A stretch of DNA of 64,000 nt from an uncultured Eubacterium sp. (GTDB lineage Bacteria > Bacillota > Clostridia > Lachnospirales > Lachnospiraceae), in assembly GCA_910584245.1 (NCBI GenBank), contig CAJTZF010000006.1, forward strand, positions 86,666-150,665. Direction: 5' to 3'. A program made the translations under genes and the position numbers. Below the pieces are notes generated by a model that was not told the DNA's origin, made no database searches, and saw only the letters and a list, made by a program, of their open reading frames with translations. Below, one piece after another: positions 38,613-48,552 of the stretch. Each line of letters starts with the position of its first letter. The first letter of the stretch is position 1.

Positions 38613-39275
38613 TCACAAAATCTCACGATCAGAAAATTCTCCGATCATAATCGTCAGGTTTCCATTTCTCGTTCTTATTTCATCCAAAAACTCTTTTCGT
38701 ATCGTCCCATCCCGGAATATAACATGATACGTCAGCTCGATCAGCGTCCCCATATTTGTCGTGCGGATGCGTTCTAATTTTGTACATATCGTATGGGCAG
38801 CAAAAATATCATCAAACAATCCCTCATAATTATAATTTTCAGGTATCGTGATTTTCAGCTGTTTTTCTGCTTTTGACACGCCTCCGAAATGAAGCGCGGT
38901 CAGAAGAAGGGTAAACACCGCAACACAGACAAAAAAGAGGACGGCAATTCCCACATATCCCATACCGAGCGCAAGTCCCACCGCCATCGACGTAAAGATT
39001 GCCGCGATCTCCTTTGCCGTCCCGGGCACACTTCGGAAACGTACAAGGGTAAACGCTCCGGCTACTGCGATCCCGGCGCCGATATTTCCATTCACTAGCA
39101 TGATAATGACCGTAACCGTCAGCGGAATAAGCGCCAGCGTGAGGGCAAAACCGCTGCTGTGCCTGCTCTTATAAGAAAATACCATCGCCAAAAGCACGCC
39201 GAGCACTATCGCCGCCGCAAGGCATATCAAAAACCCGGGCATCGTAACCGGCCTTGTAATAATACTATTTAACAT
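38613..39275 (-). CDS. DUF4956 domain membrane protein
   Basis: GAGIAVAGAFTLVRFRS..AKEI..MAVGLALGMG. Confidence 0.9.
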   Translation of the reverse strand: MLNSIITRPVTMPGFLICLAAAIVLGVLLAMVFSYKSRHSSGFALTLALIPLTVTVIIMLVNGNIGAGIAVAGAFTLVRFRSVPGTAKEIAAIFTSMAVGLALGMGYVGIAVLFFVCVAVFTLLLTALHFGGVSKAEKQLKITIPENYNYEGLFDDIFAAHTICTKLERIRTTNMGTLIELTYHVIFRDGTIRKEFLDEIRTRNGNLTIMIGEFSDREIL

Positions 39276-39988
39276 ATTTTATATCCTCCTTGAAATAAAC
39301 TTGCAGCAATATGTCTCTGATAACATACGCCAAATTTGGAAAACCCTAAGGGGTAAATCTCATACTTGTTGAGCGCATCCGCCAGCCATAGCGGAATTGC
39401 CCCCGGCGTTTTCACCTCCATCACTATTTCGTCCCCGTTTAAGACAGGCTCCCCTTCATCTCCAGACTGCAGCGTCAGCCGGTCCATCCGCCACCGGATG
39501 CGAAAATCAAACGTAATGCGAATACCCTTATCTTCCTTTCCCGCCAGGGCAATCCGGTCATATCCGATAAACACTTTCGGCTTCGGGCGGTAAAACCCGA
39601 GAAACCACTGGATCTCTCTCTGGATCTGCAAATTTTCACTGAGCCTCTCTCCCTCCTTGAGAAACGCTTGGATCTGCGCCGGACTGGCCCCGACCCTCCG
39701 CTTATAAACGATGCCGTCATACTTTTTCTTGATCTCCGCAAATACCAGGCCGCCTCCGCCGGGAACGCCATAACTCCGAAGCCGAAATTTTTCCTTATAA
39801 TTTGGTTTATCCAGCGACGCGCGGATTAAGTCATAAAAATCGGTATCAAAATAAATATTACACACCGTATAGCTTCCATAACAGTCTTCCGCCATTTCCT
39901 TTTTCAATAGGGGCAATATACGTTCATACTGGACCTGTGTCAACAAAAACTTTTTCTCATACCGCTCAAATGTGCTCTGCACCTCCAT
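39269..39988 (-). CDS. VTC (polyphosphate polymerase) domain protein
   Basis: RYEKKF, NIYFDT, KEKFRLRSY, EIKKK, RITFD, MEVK, FSKF. Confidence 0.9.
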   Translation of the reverse strand: MEVQSTFERYEKKFLLTQVQYERILPLLKKEMAEDCYGSYTVCNIYFDTDFYDLIRASLDKPNYKEKFRLRSYGVPGGGGLVFAEIKKKYDGIVYKRRVGASPAQIQAFLKEGERLSENLQIQREIQWFLGFYRPKPKVFIGYDRIALAGKEDKGIRITFDFRIRWRMDRLTLQSGDEGEPVLNGDEIVMEVKTPGAIPLWLADALNKYEIYPLGFSKFGVCYQRHIAASLFQGGYKIC

Positions 39989-40016
39989 CTGCCTTTTCCT
40001 CCTTTCGAGCGGTATC

Positions 40017-40070
40017 ATTGTATTAAATATGTGTGAACAGACAGCGGTAACATTGTGAAGAAGCTGTGAT
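40017..40070 (-). promoter_or_regulatory. PhoP/OmpR-type direct-repeat boxes and -10 of the VTC operon
   Basis: (A/T)TCACA at 40070-40065, 40059-40054 and 40037-40032 (11-bp phase); TACAAT at 40022-40017. Confidence 0.55.
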
Positions 40071-40085
40071 TTCTTACCAGCCCCT

Positions 40086-40114
40086 GCATACTTTTGATGA
40101 TTATGGAAATACTG
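40086..40114 (+). promoter_or_regulatory. Forespore sigmaF/sigmaG-like promoter
   Basis: GCATA...GGAAATACTG upstream of a spore gene. Confidence 0.4.
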
Positions 40115-40157
40115 AAAATAACTTTAGCAAAGAGTGGCTAATGAGGAGGTTTAGAGA

Positions 40158-41573
40158 ATGCCAGGTTCTTTTTCGAAAGATTTTGAGACAAATAAACAGT
40201 ATATTGACGAACTTTTTCAGGTTAAGAAAAGCTTTGATCTTATTTACCGGGTGGTGACGATTGGTGGTAGAACATCTTGTTTTTATTTTATTGATGGCTT
40301 CTGTAAAGATGAAGTTATGGAGAAGATAATTGAGTTTTTATATAAAATCACGCCGGACCAGATGCCGGAAACTGCCCATGACTTTTTGAAAGACCGTTTA
40401 CCCTATGGAGAAATTGATCTGGTCTCAGATGAGGCAAACCTGATCCAGCGCATGCTCTCCGGCGTCCCGATCCTTATCATCGACGGGTACGATAAATTTC
40501 TCGCTATGGATTTCCGGACATATCCTGCCCGCGGAGTGGACGAGCCGGAGAAGGACAAAGTTATGCGCGGCTCAAAGGATGGTTTTGTGGAGACGGTTGT
40601 CTACAACACGGCGCTGATCCGCAGACGTATCCGGTCGCCGCAGCTCGTCATGGAGATGAATACGGTCGGAAGAAGTTCCCGCACCGATGTCGTGCTATGC
40701 TATATGTCTGACCGGGTAGAACAGAAAATGCTCCAGGACATCAAGAACCGCCTGAAAAAAATAGATATTGACGCCCTCACAATGAATCAGGAGAGCCTTG
40801 CTGAGTGCCTCTATCAACACAAGTGGTATAACCCGTTTCCTAAATTCAAATTTACGGAGCGTCCCGACACGACAGCCGCCAGCATACTGGAAGGAAGTAT
40901 CGTCATCCTTGTCGACACGTCCCCTTCCGCCATGATCTTGCCGACTTCCGTTTTCGATATCATCGAGGACGCTGACGACTACTATTTTCCACCCGTTACC
41001 GGTACCTATCTGCGCCTTTCGAGAATTGCGATCAACATCCTTGCCGTCCTCCTGACGCCGACCTTTCTGCTGCTATTTATGCATCCGGAATGGATTCCCG
41101 AATGCCTGAGCTTTATCGAAATTACAGATCCGATCAACATTCCGATCTTTATGCAATTTCTTATTTTGGAATTTGCCATCGACGGCCTCCGCCTCGCGTC
41201 CCTGAACACACCGAGTATGTTTAGCACGCCGCTAAGTGTCGTGGCCGGTATCGTACTCGGAGATTACACGGTAAGCTCCGGCTGGTTCAATTCCGAAATC
41301 ATGCTGTACATGGCATTTGTCGCAGTCGCGAATTATACCCAGGTCAGCTTTGAGCTCGGCTACGCATTGAAATTCATGCGCCTCATACTGATCTGCCTCA
41401 CTGCTGCGTTCGGTGTGTACGGTTATATCGGAGGAATCCTGCTCACTCTTGTCTGTATTGTATGCAATAAAACCATTTCAGGAAAGAGCTATATTTACCC
41501 AATTCTTCCATTTAATTACAAACAGTTTATGAGGCGTTTCTGCCGTGTAAGCCTGCCAAAATCAGAGAGATAA
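40158..41573 (+). CDS. spoVAF: Spore germination protein, GerA family (SpoVAF-like)
   Basis: RTYPARGVDEPEKDKVMRGSKDGFVE, NTALIRRRIR, YNPFP, TERPD. Confidence 0.85.
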   Translation: MPGSFSKDFETNKQYIDELFQVKKSFDLIYRVVTIGGRTSCFYFIDGFCKDEVMEKIIEFLYKITPDQMPETAHDFLKDRLPYGEIDLVSDEANLIQRMLSGVPILIIDGYDKFLAMDFRTYPARGVDEPEKDKVMRGSKDGFVETVVYNTALIRRRIRSPQLVMEMNTVGRSSRTDVVLCYMSDRVEQKMLQDIKNRLKKIDIDALTMNQESLAECLYQHKWYNPFPKFKFTERPDTTAASILEGSIVILVDTSPSAMILPTSVFDIIEDADDYYFPPVTGTYLRLSRIAINILAVLLTPTFLLLFMHPEWIPECLSFIEITDPINIPIFMQFLILEFAIDGLRLASLNTPSMFSTPLSVVAGIVLGDYTVSSGWFNSEIMLYMAFVAVANYTQVSFELGYALKFMRLILICLTAAFGVYGYIGGILLTLVCIVCNKTISGKSYIYPILPFNYKQFMRRFCRVSLPKSER

Positions 41574-41598
41574 TTGGTCCAAAATCCGTGATTTTTAC

Positions 41599-41627
41599 TT
41601 GTGTCTCCCGCCAAAATGTGGTACACT
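41599..41627 (+). promoter_or_regulatory. Extended -10 sigmaA promoter of the small acidic ORF
   Basis: TTGTGT-17bp-TACACT with TGTG before the -10. Confidence 0.5.
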
Positions 41628-41658
41628 ATTTGTATATAGAAAAAGGAGGACACAACAT

Positions 41659-41811
41659 ATGGAGACTTTTTTTTCAGATGATGATCTCTTGGATCTGTTA
41701 GAGGAGCTGGAAGAAGAAAATGCGGAGCTGGAAATCCTTGAGTCCGAAATTGAAATGGAGGCATCTAACAGGCGTTTTGAAGAAATCATCCTCAAACACC
41801 GAAATGATTAA
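41659..41811 (+). CDS. 50-aa highly acidic hypothetical protein
   Basis: AAGGAGGA RBS, own promoter and terminator; METFFSDDDLLDLLEELEEENAELEILESEIEMEASNRRFEEIILKHRND. Confidence 0.75.
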   Translation: METFFSDDDLLDLLEELEEENAELEILESEIEMEASNRRFEEIILKHRND

Positions 41812-41844
41812 AGGCTATCCTTAGTTAGTAGGATAGCCTTTTTT
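41810..41844 (+). terminator. Intrinsic terminator
   Basis: AAAGGCTATCCT-8nt-AGGATAGCCTTT plus T-run. Confidence 0.85.
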
Positions 41845-41862
41845 CTGTCTCTTTTTATTCTT

Positions 41863-44364
41863 TTAAATGCAGAGGATGTACATATAGTACAACTTCTTGA
41901 TCCCCCTCACCTCTTCATACACTTTGTGCCGTATGCTCCGGTAGGCCGTCCGAAATTCTGCAATCTGTTCCTTGTCAAACTTCTCATAGCTAAAGCTGGC
42001 GCAAAATACCATCGAAATAAATGGGTAAACAATCTCCTCCCGCAATCCATAATGACTGGCAATTTGCTCCGTGTATTCCCCGACACTCTGTCCCCGGTAA
42101 CGGATTCCCTTATCGACAAATGCCTTATCCAAATGGCGGTAGTATACAAGAATCTGTTTGCGCTTTGTCTTCCTCCTCACATTCCTTTTAAATAACAGGA
42201 TCCGGACGCGGCGCTGCACCTCTGCTGCCACAACCAATAGCAGGACCAGAAACAGGACGGCAATTGCAATCCGCCACCAGGCCATCGGATGGCTGTTCTC
42301 TCCTTTGTCCTTTCCCGATACCGCGCCTTCGCTTGCCGCATCTGGACGTTTCTCCTCGTCCTCCTCCCGATTATAATGGTCGCTCTCAATATTTTCAAAT
42401 GTCATGTCATCTTCCGGCTCCGGCGTCGGCCCGGTCACAGACAGATCTTCCGGGTCCGCGGCGTCACCCGGCGTCCCTTTTGCCCCGCCGGCTCCTTTTT
42501 TCTCTTCGTCCTGACCATCTGTCACGGAAGAATCATCTGCGGTATCCTCATCCCCCCGCCCCGGCGTAAATTCCATCGGAACAAATCCATAGTTTTCCTG
42601 ATAGACCTCTACCCATGCATGGATGTCCTCGTCTGTCACTTCAAGCTCCGTATTCGTGCCAAGCACATCCGCCAGCTGTTCCTTGCTGACGTACAATCCT
42701 TCGATATACCTCGTCGGAATGCCGATCCCGCGCAAAAGGACTGCCGCCGCTGTCGCATAATGCACGCAATACCCCTTTTTATTTTCTTTCAAAAAATATA
42801 CTACGGAATCTTCATCCTTTGGCGTTTTGCCAGGTGACAGCGTATACTCCGTGTCGTTCATAATAAAATTACGCGTCTCCTCGATAATACGGTACAGGGA
42901 TGCGGAACCATCGTTCCATTTATCCAGCAAGCCATCTTGGGAGTTCAAATAACTTTTGTACTCCTCTATGACTCCTGCCGTCTCCTCCGGCACCTTAACA
43001 TAATATTTGCGGGCAAATTCCAGCAGTTTCTCCCGGTTTCCCTGGCTTCTAACCCAAAAATCATTTTCCGCCAGCTTATATTTATTTCCGACCAGTCCCT
43101 TCTTTAATTCGGAATAAAGCACTGGATAGTACTCCGCCTCATACTGCACCCCTGGCACTAATACGGTACTTCTTCCCCCCTCGTTTGAAAAAGTAACGGT
43201 GGGAAAGTACGGAACGACATAATTTCCAAATCCAAATGCGAGATTCTTCACGGTAATTTTTCCCGTAGACCACAGCTTTTCATTTCCCGTCGTCTGGCTG
43301 TCGCCAATCTGATTGCGCAAAGTAACATGCCAGTTATCGAGTGAAAGACCATTCGACGAAAGAGCGTCCCACTGTTGTTGATATTGCTCATCTTTGATCT
43401 GACGCCACCGGTTCTGTGAGTATTCGGCCCCCGTATACCCCTTCAAATACAAACCATGCGTAATATCAAAATCACCTTTTATTTTCAAAAGCGTCTTCCC
43501 TGTGCGGTTGACCTGGCTATGCCTTCCCACCCGTCCATAATCTATCGCATCCCCGCTCAAATATCCCCGCACCCACGTCATAATATCATCCCGTTCCCAC
43601 GTAGTGATAGAAAGCGCAGAATTCCGAATTTCCACGATGTCATTCAAATGGTTGCTGTACCGCTGTGGCGACAGAAAAAGATACGTCACCGCGCTGGCAA
43701 CTATACCTACGCTCACAAGCACGAGTGACAATTTTTGCCGCATACGCTTATCCGTCGTGTCATACCGCAGAAAACGCGTCCCAATTACGGCAACTGTAAT
43801 AAATAAATAAACTACTACATTGGAAAAATATCCAATCTTTCCAACTGTAAGAGGTATAACAAAAAACCCTACCGTCGACAATACATAGACGGCAGACCGC
43901 CTTTTCCTGTAAAAACAGCCGCTGATAAGCGCCGTGAGATATACTGCAACAACAATAATAACAAGCGTCGAACAATATTCCACACTTGCCGTTTCCTGTT
44001 GAAATCCCTTATTACTCACAAGCGTCACAGTGCCCTGGGTGTAATTCATGAATTCCTTCAAATATGTATTTATGATCGTTACCAATCCCTTTTGTACCAC
44101 ACTGCGGAACCGCAACATTACAATCAGGGCAAATACGCTTATGCCAAGCATGCCATAGAGCTTTCCGTGCGGGAAGGTTTCCAGAACTGTAAATAACCCG
44201 TAAAACAAAAACGATGCCCCCAATAATACCACAGCCGTCACCGGCTGGTTGACTGGCACCGAAAGGCTCAGGGCCGCGCACATAATGGCGGAATATACAC
44301 CGAAAAATACCAGAAGTACCTGACTGAGTTCCAATATAATATTTACAAATTTACTGGTTTTCAT
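41863..44364 (-). CDS. Transglutaminase-like domain membrane protein
   Basis: N-terminal TM block; GYCVHYATA, HAWVEVY, EFTP; acidic linker and C-terminal TM. Confidence 0.9.
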   Translation of the reverse strand: MKTSKFVNIILELSQVLLVFFGVYSAIMCAALSLSVPVNQPVTAVVLLGASFLFYGLFTVLETFPHGKLYGMLGISVFALIVMLRFRSVVQKGLVTIINTYLKEFMNYTQGTVTLVSNKGFQQETASVEYCSTLVIIVVAVYLTALISGCFYRKRRSAVYVLSTVGFFVIPLTVGKIGYFSNVVVYLFITVAVIGTRFLRYDTTDKRMRQKLSLVLVSVGIVASAVTYLFLSPQRYSNHLNDIVEIRNSALSITTWERDDIMTWVRGYLSGDAIDYGRVGRHSQVNRTGKTLLKIKGDFDITHGLYLKGYTGAEYSQNRWRQIKDEQYQQQWDALSSNGLSLDNWHVTLRNQIGDSQTTGNEKLWSTGKITVKNLAFGFGNYVVPYFPTVTFSNEGGRSTVLVPGVQYEAEYYPVLYSELKKGLVGNKYKLAENDFWVRSQGNREKLLEFARKYYVKVPEETAGVIEEYKSYLNSQDGLLDKWNDGSASLYRIIEETRNFIMNDTEYTLSPGKTPKDEDSVVYFLKENKKGYCVHYATAAAVLLRGIGIPTRYIEGLYVSKEQLADVLGTNTELEVTDEDIHAWVEVYQENYGFVPMEFTPGRGDEDTADDSSVTDGQDEEKKGAGGAKGTPGDAADPEDLSVTGPTPEPEDDMTFENIESDHYNREEDEEKRPDAASEGAVSGKDKGENSHPMAWWRIAIAVLFLVLLLVVAAEVQRRVRILLFKRNVRRKTKRKQILVYYRHLDKAFVDKGIRYRGQSVGEYTEQIASHYGLREEIVYPFISMVFCASFSYEKFDKEQIAEFRTAYRSIRHKVYEEVRGIKKLYYMYILCI

Positions 44365-44383
44365 AAGTTCACCTCCTCAGACA

Positions 44384-45478
44384 TTACTCATCACGCAAAT
44401 CCAATACTTGCAATTCCGTCACTCCGAGTTCATCCAGATCAGAAACCGTATGGTCGGTCACCGTAAGATAAAGTCCCGTTTCCTTCTGCCTGCCCTCCTC
44501 CCATTCCATATAGGCATGAATCAGCTCATCCGGTTCTTTTGTCGTCCTGCATTTAAACAAGTCCTCAAACATCCAAAACAGTTCTTCTTCATTTTCAATC
44601 AGCTGTTCCTGGATAAGATCATTCTTATTGTCAAACCATATATAATACTGCGGTACTCCCTGTTCCATAAGCTGCATGGAAACAGAGTAGACCCCCTGGA
44701 CGAGCAAATCAGCAGCGTCACTCGTCTCCGCACACAAATCAATAAAAATATAGACCGCTTTCGCAAGAGGCAGGCTTCCTTCCTTTACCATATAATGCCC
44801 CGCCTTGCTGCTGAGTTTCCAGTGAATCCGCTGAATTCTGTCCCCATCCTTGAAATCGCGTATATCAAATATCTCCGATGGGTCATCTCCCTTTTTGTAT
44901 AAAGAAAAGCGGTCGCTGTCTTCATTTGTCTCATTGTACCACCGGTCTCTGCCAAGATATATGTCCTTCAGCGGCGGCATAACAAGAACATCCTGCGTGT
45001 CAAAATTCTTCCCGACTGTAGTGGCAAACAGATTGAGATAATCATATATTTTTACTTTTTCTACCTTTATAGATACGTTTCCGCAATGCCGGATCACGAC
45101 AGGAATCCGCCGCCCTCTCCTTTTCCCTGCGTCCACGGAAAGACGTACCTTCATCCTCCCCTTTTCCCCGGAAAATGAATTTTCATACCGCACCCAGGCC
45201 AGCCCTTTGGAGATGGGCAGCCATCTGCCCGTATTCTCAAGAGAGAGCGCAATCGTAGCCCGAGCCGGTTTATTCATGGAATCTTTTTCTGCCACAGGAT
45301 TTTTGCACTCGACATTGACCTCAATGTGGATCCGCATGACAATAAGAAAAATAAGCATAAACAGAGGCACGATAACAAGAACTCCCAAAACAGCTACTGT
45401 GCCATACTCAAGACAAATAACAGAAATAAGGAGACTGGTTATAAATATTAATATGTAAATCAGAGTACCAATCGTCAT
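44384..45478 (-). CDS. DUF58 domain protein
   Basis: IRDFKDGDRIQRIHWKLS. Confidence 0.9.
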   Translation of the reverse strand: MTIGTLIYILIFITSLLISVICLEYGTVAVLGVLVIVPLFMLIFLIVMRIHIEVNVECKNPVAEKDSMNKPARATIALSLENTGRWLPISKGLAWVRYENSFSGEKGRMKVRLSVDAGKRRGRRIPVVIRHCGNVSIKVEKVKIYDYLNLFATTVGKNFDTQDVLVMPPLKDIYLGRDRWYNETNEDSDRFSLYKKGDDPSEIFDIRDFKDGDRIQRIHWKLSSKAGHYMVKEGSLPLAKAVYIFIDLCAETSDAADLLVQGVYSVSMQLMEQGVPQYYIWFDNKNDLIQEQLIENEEELFWMFEDLFKCRTTKEPDELIHAYMEWEEGRQKETGLYLTVTDHTVSDLDELGVTELQVLDLRDE

Positions 45479-45519
45479 AGAAAGCCGCCTCCTATTCGTA
45501 ACATTTCAATAATCCATGT

Positions 45520-46458
45520 TTACAACTTCGGCGTCTGTATTTTTCCGACGATATCGGCAACAATATCCCCCGCGGAGGCATGGCTCATTCTCGCCTTGCC
45601 ATTCAACAGCAGACGGTGTTCAATGACTGCTCCCGCCACTGCCTTCACATCCTCTGGCAGCACATAATTTCTACCCTCCATAAATGCATGACCCTTGGAC
45701 ATATCCACAAAGGCCAGCGTCCCTCTCGGACTCATGCCCAGGGAGAGCATCGAGTGGTTTCTCGTTGCATCCACAATTTTTGACAGGTACTTGAGTACCT
45801 TATCATCAATAAAAACGGCGTGCACCTGCTTCTGCATTTCCAGAAGGTCCCGTTTTGTAATAATCTCTTTTATGTAATCAATTGGATTGACCTCCTGACG
45901 CTCCTTGATCAGCCGCATCTCCTCCTCCATCGTCGGGTATCCCATAGAAATCCGTATCATAAACCGATCCAGCTGGGATTCCGGAAGCATTTGCGTACCG
46001 GCAGACCCGACCGGGTTCTGTGTAGCTACCACGATAAAAGGATTGGGAAGCTGTCTCGTCACACCGTCAACTGTCACCTGCCCTTCCTCCATAACTTCCA
46101 GAAGCGCGGACTGTGTTTTCGTAGACGTACGGTTGATCTCATCAGCAAGCAGAAGATTGCAAAGAATCGCCCCCGGCTTATACTGCATCTCACCGTCTGC
46201 GTCCAGCATATTAAAACCAACTACGTCACTCGGCAGTACATCCGGCGTAAACTGAAGACGGCGCTCCGTCAGCTCCATCGCCCGGGAAAATGCCACGGCA
46301 AGCGTCGTTTTTCCCACCCCCGGAATATCTTCAATCAATATGTGCCCTTTGGCAAGAATCGCCGTAAGCACCAATCGAATCGCCTTATCCTTTCCACGTA
46401 TTACCTTTCCCACCTCGTCCAGGATTTCTTGTACTTTACTATCCATATTATCCTCCAT
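45520..46458 (-). CDS. MoxR family AAA+ ATPase
   Basis: EDIPGVGKT, QFTPD, ADEINR, ATQNP, QLDRF. Confidence 0.95.
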   Translation of the reverse strand: MEDNMDSKVQEILDEVGKVIRGKDKAIRLVLTAILAKGHILIEDIPGVGKTTLAVAFSRAMELTERRLQFTPDVLPSDVVGFNMLDADGEMQYKPGAILCNLLLADEINRTSTKTQSALLEVMEEGQVTVDGVTRQLPNPFIVVATQNPVGSAGTQMLPESQLDRFMIRISMGYPTMEEEMRLIKERQEVNPIDYIKEIITKRDLLEMQKQVHAVFIDDKVLKYLSKIVDATRNHSMLSLGMSPRGTLAFVDMSKGHAFMEGRNYVLPEDVKAVAGAVIEHRLLLNGKARMSHASAGDIVADIVGKIQTPKL

Positions 46459-46526
46459 TCGTACTCCTGTTTGTGATACAAATATGGTTCGGGTGAGGGA
46501 GCATCCGAACCATACACATGCATATT

Positions 46527-47831
46527 CTATCCGACCTTCAACTTAAACTTCTGCTGTGCCCTCTCATCATCCGCGTCTATTTTATCTATAATAGCGCCGA
46601 GCTTCTGAAGCTTTTCCTCAAAGTTCTCATACCCCCGCTCAATGTACTGGATCTGCTCAATGACAGTAAAGCCCTCTGCGGCAAGGCCTGCGATAACGAG
46701 CGCGGCACCTGCCCTCAAATCCGGCGCGCTCACTGTCGTCCCTGTGAATGTTTCCACACCGGTAATAATGGCCGTAATTCCCTCGACATTAATATTGGCT
46801 CCCATTCTTCTGAGCTCCCCGATATACTTGAGCCGGGATTCAAAAATCGTCTCTGTCACAATACTCACTCCTTCGGACAAAGCGAGCAGCGTCGTCATCT
46901 GGGGCTGCATGTCCGTAGGAAAACCGGGATACGGCATTGTTTTCACATTTGCGTACCCAAGTCTTTTATCCGAGTAAACTCTCACACAATCGTCATACTC
47001 CTCCACCTTGGCCCCAATCTCAATCAGCTTTGCCGTGATCGCTTCCAAATGTTTTGGTATAACGTTCTTTATATATACATCTCCTCCGGTAGCTGCGGCA
47101 GCAATCATATATGTCCCCGCCTCAATCTGGTCCGGAATAATGGAATATTCACTTCCATGAAGTCTCTCAACACCCTTGATCCGGATCGTGTCCGTTCCGG
47201 CTCCCTTAATATTTGCTCCCATACTATTCAAAAAATTGGCCACATCTACAATATGCGGCTCTTTAGCTGGATTTTCTATCGTCGTCTTTCCCTCAGCCAT
47301 ACACGCCGTCATCATAATATTGATCGTTGCCCCTACGCTTGGGCAGTCTAAATATATATGGCTTCCCACAAGCCGCTCAGAACACGCATCAATCTTTCCG
47401 TTGTGAATCGTCACCTTTGCCCCCAGCTGTTCAAATCCTTTTAGGTGCTGGTCAATCGGACGGCTTCCAATCTGACAGCCGCCTGGCAGCGCTACGACTG
47501 CCTTCTTGTATTTGCCAAGAAGAGCTCCGACAAGATAATAGGAACCGCGAATCTTACGAATATAATCCTCGTCCGCATTGACATCATTGATATGGGCGCC
47601 GTTAATACGCACCGTATGACAGTCAAGCCGCTCGACAATCGCTCCAATTCCCTCAATCGCCTCCAGCAAAACTTTCACATCATCTACATCCGGCAGATTT
47701 TCAATCGTCACCGGTTCATCCGCCATAATTGCCGCCACAATAATGCCAAGCGCCGCATTTTTGGCTCCCCCGATATAGACTTCTCCCCGCAATGGCTGTC
47801 CACCTTTTATAATATATTGTTTCATAATCAT
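46527..47831 (-). CDS. murA: UDP-N-acetylglucosamine 1-carboxyvinyltransferase
   Basis: GAKNA, LPGGCQIGSRPIDQH, PGFPTDMQ, DLRAGA. Confidence 0.96.
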   Translation of the reverse strand: MIMKQYIIKGGQPLRGEVYIGGAKNAALGIIVAAIMADEPVTIENLPDVDDVKVLLEAIEGIGAIVERLDCHTVRINGAHINDVNADEDYIRKIRGSYYLVGALLGKYKKAVVALPGGCQIGSRPIDQHLKGFEQLGAKVTIHNGKIDACSERLVGSHIYLDCPSVGATINIMMTACMAEGKTTIENPAKEPHIVDVANFLNSMGANIKGAGTDTIRIKGVERLHGSEYSIIPDQIEAGTYMIAAAATGGDVYIKNVIPKHLEAITAKLIEIGAKVEEYDDCVRVYSDKRLGYANVKTMPYPGFPTDMQPQMTTLLALSEGVSIVTETIFESRLKYIGELRRMGANINVEGITAIITGVETFTGTTVSAPDLRAGAALVIAGLAAEGFTVIEQIQYIERGYENFEEKLQKLGAIIDKIDADDERAQQKFKLKVG

Positions 47832-47938
47832 AGTATCATTCCTATCTCTGCGTTTCATCAAAATTTGCATACTACTATAGTATAACACATAAGATCATTT
47901 TGTAAAATAACAAATTCATGACATTTATTACAAATATA

Positions 47939-48505
47939 TTATTTCTTTTTTACAGAACAGCCAAATTTTCCAATTTTTTCGCCCAAAACAAAATATTCTC
48001 CGTGTGAATACGCCACCAAGTCCGTGCTGTTCAACTCAAATTTCCCACTTTCATCCATATACTCCTCACTGACCTGTACGCCCGCCACCTCTGCCAGAAA
48101 CATATGATGGGAACCCAGCTCAAGTATTTCCGTTACGCGACACTCCAGGTTTACGGGACTTTCTACAATAATCGGAGCGCACTCCAGGTGCATTGCCTTC
48201 CCCTCCGTCAACTTCATCTCCCGGAACTTGTCCACCTCGCGTCCCGATTTTACACCGCACCAGTCCGTGGCCCGCGCCAGCTCTCTCGTCGTAAGATTAA
48301 TTACAAACTCACCTGTTTCCTTAATGATATCATAAGAGTACCGCTCCGGCCTCAGAGAAATTGATACCATAACCGGGTCCGAACAGACCGTCCCCGTCCA
48401 CGCCACCGTCACAATATTGGATTTTTCTCCCCGCCTGCCGCAGCTTACCATAACTGCCGGCACAGGATAAAGCATATTTCCCGGCTTCCATACCTGTTTT
48501 TCCAT
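47939..48505 (-). CDS. Flavin reductase family protein
   Basis: LYPVPAVMV, GEFVINL, CGVKSG, LGSH. Confidence 0.88.
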   Translation of the reverse strand: MEKQVWKPGNMLYPVPAVMVSCGRRGEKSNIVTVAWTGTVCSDPVMVSISLRPERYSYDIIKETGEFVINLTTRELARATDWCGVKSGREVDKFREMKLTEGKAMHLECAPIIVESPVNLECRVTEILELGSHHMFLAEVAGVQVSEEYMDESGKFELNSTDLVAYSHGEYFVLGEKIGKFGCSVKKK

Positions 48506-48552
48506 AATTCCCCTCACTTCCGCGCTCCCATTTGCATAAGCGTGTTTTTAGC

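Noticed and set aside
45820..47885. 218-aa and 277-aa plus-strand ORFs
   Set aside because: Shadows of MoxR and murA
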